From Catajapyx aquilonaris (taxonomy: Eukaryota), in NCBI GenBank assembly GCA_000934665.2, contig KZ538402.1, positions 1-64,000 of the forward strand: a stretch of DNA of 64,000 nucleotides. Direction: 5' to 3'. Of the stretch, positions 49,618 to 61,250 are shown piece by piece. The position numbers were made by a program, and so were the translations under genes. Position 1 is the first letter of the stretch; every line of letters starts with the position of its first letter. A model generated the notes under the pieces. That model had not been told where the DNA came from, did no database searches, and saw only the letters and a list, made by a program, of their open reading frames with translations.

Positions 49618-49720
49618 TCTATACTTATAAACGGAAAAGTTTGGCTGGTATGTATGTGTGTCCGGGTTGCCTAACCCACTTTCAGACTACTGAGAGCTCT
49701 GAAACTTGGTACGTTGATGT
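49618..49720 (+). mobile_element. Helitron-like 5' end
   Basis: TCTATACTTATAAACGGAAAAGTTTGGCTGGTATGTATGTGTGTCCGGGTTGCCTAACCCACTT is related to 4130-4295. No 3' end was found. Confidence 0.5.
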
Positions 49721-50668
49721 CTTACATACCGATGATCGAGGAAAAAGTTTGAAAACCGCACTTTTTTGAGTATAAATACTGAAAACTTAAAGAGATTTGG
49801 AGAGCGTCCAATAGTTCGATTGATGTTTTGATTTTTTTTTTTCGGAGGGGGGGTCGACGATGGAGGCTTTGAAAATACGATTCTACGGGTCAATAATTAC
49901 GGCGGAATTAATTGCCCCTGAAAGTAATTGCCTCCGAGGATTCATGCTGAGAGCACTCGTTTGATCTACAAGCTCGAGTAAGATCATGGCCAAGAAAGAA
50001 ATAAGAAGAAAAAAACTTTCACAATTTTTACCGCGCCCTGTGTTTTAAGGCGCTCTTGGGTGGAACCACTTCGTTCTCCTCAAGATTTTTTTTTCTTTCT
50101 TTCTTTTTATCGCTTCTTTTTTTTCTTTCAAGTTGCCGAGTTCAGGGTGTGTTCATCAGACGAGACTCGAGTCGAAAGCGCGAGGCATTAGTGTCACTCG
50201 TAAGAAAACGTGCTCGAAAAGTGGTTTCAACTTGTAGGCAATTTATTTCCTACACAGCACCCTCAAAAAGTTCATACGCAAAAAATAAAAATAAAACCAG
50301 CTTATGACTTAATTGAAGCATTTGCATTGTAAGCAAATTTTTGTATATGATAACCGATAGCTTGTATAATATAGTTTATGTCTCATGATAAAAAGTCCTA
50401 GAGACGGATCGAGGTCGTGGTCTGGTCATCGTCAAAGAATTCCTTGTACAGTGTTCTACTAGTAGTGGGGCCCCCTGGTTGCCAAAGGCCACCTCCAAGG
50501 ACTCTTGGCAACACTACTCTCCATACTTCTTTTTTTTTTAAGGCTGGAAGGGAGCCTATTCAATATTTGGGTGGGGGAGTCTGACTGGTATAGGAGAAAG
50601 TAGTCTGGATCCAAGTCAAAAAAAAAAAAGGGATCTGGAATGGTTCCACTTCCTCTTAGAAGGGCTGT

Positions 50669-50672
<4 letters not shown>

Positions 50673-50745
<73 letters not shown>
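50673..50745. repeat. (AAT)n microsatellite
   Basis: Perfect trinucleotide run. Confidence 0.98.
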
Positions 50746-50746
<1 letters not shown>

Positions 50747-52904
50747 TTGGCTGTGAGCAAGGTTCAGGTGTTATGTGGCTTGCTTGTTGCGTAAGTGACC
50801 ATGACACGGTTACCCTCTTTTGAACACACAGTTTTTTAATGCAATTTTATAGACAAAAGTTGCTTTAAATGGCTTCCGGCAATACAGCCAAGGGTTTGTT
50901 ACGTGTTCCTGCAATAAAGCACTGCAAATTGAGGCCAGCCACATGAGTAGCTCTAGTTAAATCCGCAAGCCAGGCTTAATATTTTCACAAAAAAAGGCAA
51001 CAAAAGCCTGGCATATTAATTAGGTGTCAGTTATTTGTTATGATAAGGCCACAATAGGGGGGGGGGGGTCTCTTCTAGACCTAAAAATACGTGTGGCCGA
51101 TAAGCAGCACCTTTTGTTTTGTAAGATCGTAATTTTTGTTTTAAAGAAAAACTTCAAGGCTTGTTGTAAAAGCGTGTTTCCGAGTCTAATCTTTTTTTGA
51201 GTCGTCTGTGGTTAGACCAAGGATTGACAGGCGTTGCTCAAGGAAGCGGTTACCACAAAACGGAAGTTAACAGTGTCATGCCGAGGAAATATCCTCGGTT
51301 AATCGCTCGGGATGTCACGCGGTGGTTTTATCAGCCCCCACTTTTTTTTTTTTTTCTCCCCCGGAGGAATTTCACCCTGCAAAACTTTTGCTGAAACTAG
51401 TCAGGTCTCCTTGAATACCATGTTTGCAGGTGGTCCTTAGAAGAAAAAAAAAAAAGAATGAAGAGGTCAATGGCCAAGAACTGCTTGGAAATCACTTTTT
51501 GTGTGTGTGTGTGGGGAGGGCTATGATTTGTTGAAATCGATCTTCTTCGGTGGAGTCACAAGCGGAACGGATTTAGATTGAGCAACTTAAAGGCCATCTA
51601 AAAACTGCAATGATGTCACTCTTTAAAGGGTGCAACAAGGCCACTGATTAGTAATCCCCCAGCAAAATCGCAATTGCTAAAGACACTTTATAATTATTAG
51701 CAAGATTGTTGCATCTCTGCGAAAAAAGAAAACTAGGGCATGGTTCTATTCTCGAGCTTATGTCACCAAAGTGCATGCCCATAAAAAGTCACGTCTTGCA
51801 TTTCGGTCTGTGGAATGCTAAGGAGGGATTTGAAGAGTTGCGTAATACAACCTACTACACTAACAAGTGTTGCCCACGCTTGCAGAGGACCTTCAGAGAG
51901 GACTACCTTGAAGAAGGTTTTGAATATAGAAGAAGGAGGAGGAAAAAAAAATGAAAGCTCATTTTCGTGCCCTGGAGCCTATATAGTGAAGTTATGGGAT
52001 GAGAATCGGATTAAAGCTGAGGAAAAGTGAATTTCCGGTTCAACTTTTGACATTTTGAGATATTATTTTTTTTCGTGGTCTTTTTATATATAAATTTTTG
52101 GGAAGGGGGATACCAGTGATTGGGATGTCAACAGGAGCAATTGGCATGCGAAATGACCAGTGGTATCGATTATCCTGAGCATTAATTCAGGGCAGGTCTA
52201 ATTTCCTGGGTGTAATGTAATATTACCCGTTGGAGCTTGGGGATGTGCGTATTTCATTTGCATTCATATGGCGTCTTTTACTGCACAGAAAAATCAATAG
52301 GAACCACCAGCTTGTCTTTCATCCTGACAGTTAGCCTACCCGTCACGTACCAATGTTCTGCGTTGAAGTCTAATCCCCATGGGCCGCAGACATAGTTTTT
52401 TGATGTTAAAACCTCATGACAGCATTTTGCCTAACTATTGTGCTCTTGTACTGTAGCGGTGTCATTCACACTTATTCGGTTAATTGATGGGGTTGCCACT
52501 TGGCAATTAATTTTTTTTTAAAGTGGCAATCTGGCAGGTTTTGAATCACCGGCTGGATCAATAGTGCTTGCAAAAGCATTAGTATCCTCATTTATTTTTC
52601 ATAGTTTGTGTGCTGGGATATTGCATTAATATGGCAGCGGGTATTGATAGGCCACCGATTTGAAGGCCACAAGAATGATTGTGGATTGCAGCAATAAAAT
52701 GTGTGTCGTTAATCTAGCGCTTGGGTGGTTGATGGTAATGAGAACTGTGCTGTGGGTGTGTGAAGCTTGTACACAATAGTTGAATTAATTGTGCTAAAGT
52801 AGCACAAAGAGATGGGGGGTACTGGGAAGTGAGTTAGTAGGAAGCTCAAAATAAATCAATTCTTGGATCTCTAACGTCATGTAATTTTTTTTTCCCCCTT
52901 CTAG

Positions 52905-54557
52905 TTGGCTGGCCTGGCTGTCCTGGCATTCTCGATATGGCTCTTGGTGGCTGCGTCGACCTACCTCAACGTGACTCAAGATGCCAGTAATTACTACACT
53001 GGTACTTATGTGCTGCTGGTGGCTGGAGCTGTTATGGCCATTGTCGGGTTTCTCGGATGTTGCGGTGCCTTCCGGGAATCACAATGCATGCTGGCTACTG
53101 TAAGGGATCAATATCTGCTCATATGTTCTGGAGAAAACTGGAGACTAATCCTTACATGTTTATTGCAGTTCTTCTCGTTTGTGCTGGTGATCCTCGTGGC
53201 TCAGGTGGCCGCTGGGGTGTGGGCATACGTGAACCGTGACACGCTAGAAGACACCCTTCGCAAGAGTGTGGAGTCCACCATGCGTAAAGATTATGGCCCT
53301 GGAAAAGATCCGGTGAAGACAGAAGCACTGGACAAAGTGCAATCTGAGGTAATCTTGCAGCTGCGTAGTGTAAATAATGTAATATTATTAGCACAATGTT
53401 ACAGTGAAGGTCTGGACTTATTGCAATGTACAGTAAGACATTAAATTGCTAACTTTAATCTTGTAACCGGAGCATAAAAAGTTGTGGTCTGCCATTGTTT
53501 TCAAAATTCGTTCATTTAACTTCATTATTGTGACCTCTAAAAATGATATCGCTACAACTCTACTTAAGTCATTCATTGTACTGTGCAGCAATATAAATCT
53601 CGTAGTATATGAAGCATTAATTTTACACTTGAAATGGCCCAGTTTTCCACTTGAAGTCCCGTTTGTGAAAGGGAAAAATGTAAGTAGGTGTTGTGTTGAG
53701 CTTTTGTAGACTTTGGCACGTGAATATATTTTTACCATTGCTGTAAAGGCCTGCACATTAATCTTGCTATTCTAAGGGTCTAAAAATATATGTGGCTTCA
53801 AGTGGATGGAATCTTTATAAGATCATTTCATGTGAAGAGTGCTTGAGGTAGACATTTACAGTGTTCCGCCACCCAATTTAGTGATCATAAATGACCGATT
53901 TTCAGCTGCAATGCTGCGGAGCACAACGAGGCCCAGTGGACTGGTACGATACAGACTTCAGCCGTGGAGAGGCCACCAAGGCCAACATGTCAGTCGAGTC
54001 CCAGAAAATCCAGTACGTGGTCCCAGAGAGCTGCTGTGTGCAGCAGAACACCGCCGGTTGCAATGCTGCCCGCAAGCATAAAGTTGGCGAAACCAATTCA
54101 TACGAGGCCAGGGCTCTTTACAGTGAAGTACGTCAGATGATCTCTTTCCCGAGTAATCTATGTGAACTGAGCAATATGTAAAGTATGAGAAAGCTCCTCT
54201 TCATATGACACAGACCTATTCACCGTTGTCGACTTGCACATTCGAATCAGCTGAGACTCTTCAGAGAGTCAGACTTTGACAACTAATATTATGCAGTAAT
54301 TTTGATTACGGGTTTTCTCACGAGCTCAATTTGTTGTATCAAGCAGAATTATCTATCGCGCGTCATGTAACCCCATGTTAACATTTTGCCGTCTTTTATT
54401 TTAGGGTTGCACCAACAAACTTCTGGAGCTTCTGCACAAGTACATGTCGTACGTGATTGGAATCGGCATTGGCATAGGCGTGCTGGAGCTTCTTGGTCTC
54501 ATATTCTCTATGGTCCTCTGCTGTGCCATACGTTCCATGGATTCATATAAGGCTTGA
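52905..54557 (+). CDS. Tetraspanin (CD9/CD81/Tsp96F-like), 5'-partial
   Basis: Exons 52905-53099, 53169-53348, 53906-54127 and 54405-54557. Motifs: GFLGCCGAFRESQCML, LQCCG, VPESCC, EGC, and TM4 ending SMVLCCAIR..YKA*. The first coding exon (start of TM1) was not located and may lie in the gap at 46131-46166. Confidence 0.92.
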
Positions 54558-56093
54558 AGAGAAGGGAAAAAAAGCAACAACCAAAATAATACACCCAAAA
54601 AAAAACAAAAAACAAGGCCCATCCATTTTTGAGCTGCTGTTTCGGAGCCATTTTTTTGATGGTCTACATGTGCGAAAGAAAAAAAAAAGGTCTTTTGGCC
54701 CACCCAAGAGATTATGACCCTAAATTGTTATTTTGACTTCCATGCTAATGATGTCTGCCCAAATATAATTTTTTTTGAAGGCTCTCTCCCACGTGAATGC
54801 TCATTTTTGTTTCTTTTCGCTTCGGTGAGCTTTTTGAACTTTCCTCCACCCCAGACTCGAGCTTCCTGGGAGAAGAGAAAATTTTAATTACATTTTTTTT
54901 TGTGACTAAAAGAAAAAGTTAATCGACAAAACAATCCCCCTTTTCTAAATGAGTGTGATTTGCAAATTAGTTGACTTGGTAGATTTGTACATTTTTTTTT
55001 ATACGTGTCGCTGTACATACAAAAAAAAAAGAAGCTGCAATTGCCAAAACTGTTTTATAAGTGTAGTAATTTTTATGTGGGAATTAGATTTTTGAAATCT
55101 TGCTGCATCATTTTGTTTACTTTTTTAAATGAATTGTTTAAGGGAATGGGACCTGCGTTTTAATTTCATTACTGGAACTTTATACAAAGGTATATTTTGA
55201 GGTGACTCCCAAAGATTTGTAGATCTTTCCCACTGTACATATTTCTGAAGGTACACTTTTTTTAAAAAGCTCATTAAGGAAAACAAGCAGTTAGGAATCT
55301 CGTTAAGAGCATTTAATGAGGCTTTAGTTAGCGCTAGTCATCTAGAAACAAATAATTAAACAAAAAAATACATGAACAGATTCAGCCCTGATGCAACAAG
55401 ATTTCTCAACTCTTTCAAAGAAAACGTGAAAAAAAAAAGAGGAAACTATTCTTCAATACTCCACTACAGGGTGGCTCAAGTGACTAGAATGATTACCACT
55501 TTTGGCAAACTCAGCCGAAGTGGTACATCTTTTTATGTACTCACAAATAAGTGAAAAAACTGATAAAAAAATGTGTGTTGTTCAAGAAAAATGTTGCACA
55601 TGTTCGTAATCGGATCTATGGAAAAAAAGTATTTTATTTTTTGAAGTGTCCTTTGCATAAACCTTCATGTTGTAACAGTCTGTTGAATGGTAAGCAAAAT
55701 GATGCTAACGTTTTAATTCATTTCACCTCAATAGTAACGAAGAAGGCAAAGGGTAACATTAAAAAAAAAGCGAAACAGGGGTGCCTCTGATCTGTGGAGA
55801 TTTAAAAAAAAAGTGAATAAAAAAGCCATATATGTCCAATGTTTGCAAATACTTTCTTTCAAACTCAACAATACTATTTTTTTTAAACAGGTACAGTGGC
55901 TGTGAAGGCATCTTCTGGCCCAGTTAGCCTTTGTCCGATCCTTAAGTTGCAGGTGGCTAACCCTTCAGTCTTTGTGCAAAGTCTGACAGAACCCAGTAAA
56001 TTCTGCCATAGTGTAACATCGGGGGGAACAAATACTTGATACCGTTACCAAAAATACAGGAGTATGCTTTTTTTTTTTGTGACGCCAGTTTTT

Positions 56094-58731
56094 CTAAGGG
56101 CTGGAGACGAGGCTGGTGCTGCTGTCCTTCCTCTTGAAACGTCGCTTGATGTGGTTGGTCCAGGTCCACTCCCCGAGAAGGTACAACAATGGCAGTGTGC
56201 ACACGCAGCTCAAGCCCAGCAGCACGTATGCTGCCACTGTGAGCATGCTCGTAGCCTTTGGTGCGTTAAATATGCAGGTGCTCGTTGCTGAAAGATTAAT
56301 GAAGAAATTGGTAGCTGTGCCATCTTGCGAATATGTTGGCTTTCGAGAAATTATTTTTCAAACTTTATGGCCAATTGGTATACTTATTATCGGAATGGTC
56401 TCAGGTAAAATATTGTGTGATTATGCAAACGTACGGCTGTCATTCTGTCCCACCTGCCTTAACCCTAGAGCTAGAACCAAAATTCAATGTCAATCTATCA
56501 AGCAAATGGTGAGACATACAGCTCAATTAACGCCACCAGCCCATCACCTCTGCACCTCTCTAGATATCCCATTACTACCAATTACACAAGCTGTTAGTGC
56601 CGGGAGAGTAACCTTCACATTTCTAGTAACAGGCTTCCCGGCATGTAACGAATGTAATGCAAAATGTCATTATCTTGCACGTGTTGCGTCAGCATTAAAC
56701 CAATTTTGCCATACACCTAATTGAGATCATGAACAGACGTAAGCGCATTAAAAGTAGTGCTTACCAAATGTGTCCTGTGGGCCGTGTAATCCGACTGGGG
56801 GCCCACAGTCTTCTGCTTCTTTAAATTGAATGTGCTTTCCACTCCTGTTGAATGTGACCTCGAATCCTTCCATTAGGACGACCCCAAGGACAGTGCCAGT
56901 GTCAGACGAGTCGATACCAAACTTGAAGCAAGGGTTGTCCGAATCGTGCCCGTACGACCTGCGCACGTATGACTTGGGCGTGATCTCAAGACCAAATTCA
57001 GACTTCTCACCATGTGATAAATATATTGTAATGTTTGGGAAAGGCGTTAAAAAGTCATTAGTGCAAATGGCAGTCTCGCCATACAAAAAGGCATGATCAA
57101 CGTCAACAAATTTGATCAAAGTGTCCACAACAGCTTGAAACACTACTTTGGGCAACCGCAAGTTGCTGGTGCCACTGTCAACTATGCTCTTGTCCTTGTT
57201 GTATTCCATGCATGAAATTTCCAACCTCTTCCCACCAACACTTAAACCCGTGAGCGTGATCTCGTAAAACCACTCCCTGACTATGGGTGTCGCCAATCCA
57301 CCGCCATGAACAGAACTTCCAACTTGGAAGGTTCCAGAGTGATGGTTTTCTGCCGTAGCACCGCACAGTTTCATCTCAAAAATAGTGACACCCGATGTGT
57401 CAATCCAGCTGGCGACAGTAGAGTCCGGACGCGAAATAGTCGAGTACGCTATCCCAAGTATACCTTCCCAGAGCGAGTTGTTCATGTAGAAGTTGTGGAC
57501 GGACGTGATCGACGACAGGTCACATTGGACCCGAGGCAACGGCAGGGACGGAACAGACACCAAGTCGGTCCCGAGATGCCCAACCCAGTATCCTTGAGTG
57601 TACGGCACGCTCACTTCCGTCCTCTTGTCAATGTACGTACTGGAACTGAAAAAAATCACACAATTTATATAAAGTTCCACCATCCAGTAGCTTAACAACC
57701 GCCTTACTTTGCAGCCACAAAATAAGTAGATATCTCCGGACTGTCAACAGCAGCCACTGCAAAATTGCTACTCCCCGTGTCGACCAAAACCGCAAACTGA
57801 AATAAAACAATATCTTCTTACACGTGCTTGTATACAAGGATAAAGCTTGTTTGTATGTTCGTATTTGCTTCCTTGTTTGTCCATGGTAATGAGGTAATAA
57901 ATGGCAATGGGCTACCATGTCAATGGATATCATGACAACGAGCTTCTTACATGTTCTTGTATATATAAGGAAAAGTTTGTTTGGTTGCGTGTTTGTCCAT
58001 GGCAACAGTTTACCATGGCAATGGATATCATGACAACAAGCTTCTTACAAGTGCTTGTATGAGGAAAAGTTTATTTGCTTGTTAGTTTGTCCATGGCGAT
58101 GGATACCATGAGCTTCTTTCATGTGCTTGTATTTAAGGAAAAGTTTGTTTGATTGTCAGTTTGTCCATGGCAATGAGGTTGCCACAGCAATGGATATCAT
58201 GACAACGAGCTTCTTACATGTGCTTGTATATATAAGGAAAAGTTTGTTTGCTTGTTAGTTTGTCCATGGCAATGAATATCATGACAACGAGCTTCTTTCA
58301 TGTGCTTGTATAAGTAAAAGTTTGTTTGCTTGTCAGTTTGTCCGTGGCAATGAGGTTGCCACTGCAATGGATATCATGACAATGAGCTCTTCTTTCATGT
58401 GCTTGTACAGTATATAAAAGGAAAAGTTTGTTTGTCCATGGCAATGATGCTACCGCATGGCAACGGTCTGTGCAAAGAACAGGCTCTGCTGCTAGTGATG
58501 AATGAAGCACGACGGTATAATGGTACGTGAAGTCCATGAACTAATCCAGGTAAAACCCTTTGAGCGGATTACCCTCTGCGGAGGTGTCCCGACGTCCACG
58601 TGTAGGCAGTACCCTTCCTCCGGCCGCCCGAACAGGTTGTGTCCTCCGTCGTCCTCCGACATGTGACCTGTGTCCTGTGACCCACCGCATTGTGTCACCA
58701 CCAGAAGCAGCAGAAGCCATGGAAGGGTCAT
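56094..58731 (-). CDS. BACE: Beta-secretase (BACE-type) membrane-anchored aspartic protease, ~440 aa
   Basis: Exons 58731-58573, 57796-57708, 57645-56765 and 56287-56094. Signal peptide, NLFGRPEEGY..VGTPPQ, VDTGSSNFAVAA, YTQGYWVG, WEGILGIAY, PIVREWFYEI, YNKDKSIVDSGTSNLRLP, and a C-terminal TM (MLTVAAYVLLGLSCVCTLPLL) with a short basic tail. Confidence 0.92.
57813..58495 (+). mobile_element. Non-autonomous Helitron with internal ~60-100-bp tandem units, in BACE intron 1
   Basis: Starts a|TC. Repeated TATAAGGAAAAGTTTGTTTG..GTCCATGGCAA..GATATCATGACAAC. Ends with the hairpin GTCTGT-GCAAAGA-ACAGGC and then CTAG|t. Confidence 0.72.
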
Positions 58732-59230
58732 CCTCAACGGTCAGTCAGTCAGCCCAGCCGCAGTGTCACAACATCCGGAGAAGGATATGCTTCACATGTC
58801 CATATCTGCTGTGGCTTTTTGTCGTCCTGCGTATCAGCCTGACGTCACCACTTTCCTGCGAAACAACCCCTCAAATGGTCTGCATCCTTCTTTAAAAATA
58901 AAAACCAACGGACGATTACCTCGTGCTGTCCAACGACGCCATTTCTCTTGCGAAAAATTCTTATCGGCGAATTACAGAATAACAGCGACTTACAAATAAC
59001 AGCGATCAAAGTAGCAGCGACCTGCTCCCAAACAAGCGATTTTTGTAAGCCGCTGTGCTAAATGCGACTTGGTTGTTCCGAAAAACAATCGGCTGTCGGC
59101 ATCCGCAATTTTTTTTGTTTTTTTTTGTGGCCGAAGTTGTTGGAGAGAGAAAAAGTTGTTGATGTGGCGTCGGCGTTTCCTGCGACAGTTTGACATTTGA
59201 CCTGGGGTCACCCAATGCCCCAAGGCAGAC

Positions 59231-59466
59231 ATGGAGGTGACCGCTATCCTTCCGGCCTGCCTGCTCCTCGCACTCGTCGCTTTCCTGCTCGTGAGTATAC
59301 CGTATTTCAACCCCGGTGTGTCTGATACGGTATCCGGTTGTGCACAAATTATTATTACAATTAATAAATAATTAAAAATGGCAAGTAAATGAAGCATATG
59401 CAATTTGGAAGGTCTGTTGCATCATCCACAGCAATCTGCTGGTTTGACCCTGTTGCTCCTATGTAC

Positions 59467-59518
<52 letters not shown>

Positions 59519-60757
59519 CAACAACAATAACAACAGCTAACTATAGCAGTAATAATTACACAATAAGTTTTCCACATAACCACTTGTTTTGTTCATAAAT
59601 TAGTTTTTAATTAATGCGGTGTTAATTATTGCGCGGTTTAATTGCTTTCAGTTGTGTGTGATATTGAAGTACACGAGTGATCCAGTCCCAGTGGTGGTTC
59701 GTTACTCGAAGGAGGAGCATTATGTTGATCCGGCTACGGGGATTGTGAAGCAGTTTCCGAGCTGGGATGACCCGGCGTCCGTTGATCTCACTGTGGTTGT
59801 ACCTGCGTATGATGAAGAGAAGCGATGTGAGTTTTTGTCGTTAAATGTTGCTGTGATGAGTTACTCGTAATTCGTTTTCGGCAGTGCCGCCTATGCTGGA
59901 TGAGTGCCTGGAGTATCTGGAGGCTCGGAAGGGTGGTGACCCGTCCTGGAGCTATGAGGTTATCGTTGTAGACGATGGGAGCAAGGACAAGACCACGTCG
60001 GTGGCACAGCAGTACACACGTTCTCGAGGAAGCGACAAAGTGAGGGTTCTGACATTGTTGCAGAATCGAGGGAAAGGTGGAGCTGTACGACTAGTAAGTG
60101 TCCATTAATTTATGCAATGAACAGAATGTAATGCAAGGATTTCTTGTTAACAGGGTGTGCACAGTGCTCGGGGAGAATTGATTCTCTTCGCTGATGCTGA
60201 TGGTGCCACCCGCTTTTCGGACTTGGCCAAGCTTGAAGCCGTTTTGGGCCAGTTGGTACCAGATGGTGGGAAGACTAATCGACGAGGGCTTCCACCTGCC
60301 ATTGTTGTTGGATCACGAGCCCACCTGGAGAAGGAATCCATCGCCAAGCGGAGCATCTTTCGCACATTCCTCATGTACGGATTCCACTTCCTGGTGTGGC
60401 TCTTTGCCGTGAAGACAGTTCGGGACACCCAATGTGGATTCAAACTGTTCACCAAGACTGCAGCGCGTACATGCTTTGGAAGCTTGCATGTTCAAAGATG
60501 GTACGTAAAGTGCATTTATTGACTACTCTTGCATGTTCTACAATAATTTATTCTTCCTCTACAGGGCATTTGATGCGGAACTTTTGTACGTTGCCGAGCA
60601 GGTAGGCATACCTGTGTCAGAAGTGGCCGTGACCTGGACTGAAATTGATGGGTCCAAAGTGGTTCCATTTTGGAGCTGGATTCAGATGGGAAAGGATTTA
60701 GTTCTTCTCTGGCTGCGATACCAGATCGGAGCTTGGAAGCTAGTCAAGCTGGACTGA
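59231..60757 (+). CDS. ALG5: Dolichyl-phosphate beta-glucosyltransferase, ~327 aa
   Basis: Exons 59231-59290, 59652-59826, 59885-60093, 60154-60500 and 60565-60757. Motifs: VVVPAYDEEKRL, EVIVVDDGSKD, NRGKGGAVR, FADADGAT, DTQCGFKLF, WAFDAELL, WTEIDGSK. Confidence 0.95.
59468..59535. repeat. (AAT)n(AAC)n microsatellite
   Basis: Trinucleotide runs in ALG5 intron 1. Confidence 0.95.
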
Positions 60758-61250
60758 GCCAATTGGGGTTAAAAGTTCCTCCATTTTGCACTTTTCAATT
60801 AAAGCGCACATGAAAAACATCGGCAATTAATATCAGGTGTTGTCTTTTTTTCAATGATTATAAAATTAAGCAGGATGGTTTTTTTTTTACATAATTTCTA
60901 CACCATATTCTTGGCAGCATTTATTAGAAAATTTTTGCATGAAATGGACACTACTTTTTAAATGTAGACTTGCTTTAATTAATATGATAGTGCAAAATGC
61001 AGGTGCTTTTAAACTTTCCTGGTATAAGAACTACTATAATTGTTGCGAGAGAAATGGGATTATTTCTTTTGAACATTCCGCCATTTTTATACCACCAATG
61101 TGACCAAATAAATAAGGGTTTAAACCTGTCAGGAATTAATTGTGTTTTATCCTAGTCGGTCTTGCAACTCTAATTATGATTTACTTGCGGTATTCTGAGA
61201 AAGTTGCTTGACCAGGCGTAAGGCGCATGATTTTGGTGCCACATTTTAGC

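Noticed and set aside
46167..52904. First coding exon of the tetraspanin, or a nested gene
   Set aside because: No KY..F.FN..FW-type exon or other credible exon chain was found by eye; it may lie in the N-gap.
56116..56724. 202-aa plus-strand ORF
   Set aside because: It is antisense to the BACE last exon and intron, with no recognisable domain.
5878..58731. Functional APP-processing cluster (F-spondin, clathrin light chain, tetraspanin, BACE)
   Set aside because: The link is thematic only. The genes are interspersed with unrelated housekeeping genes and show no shared regulatory evidence.
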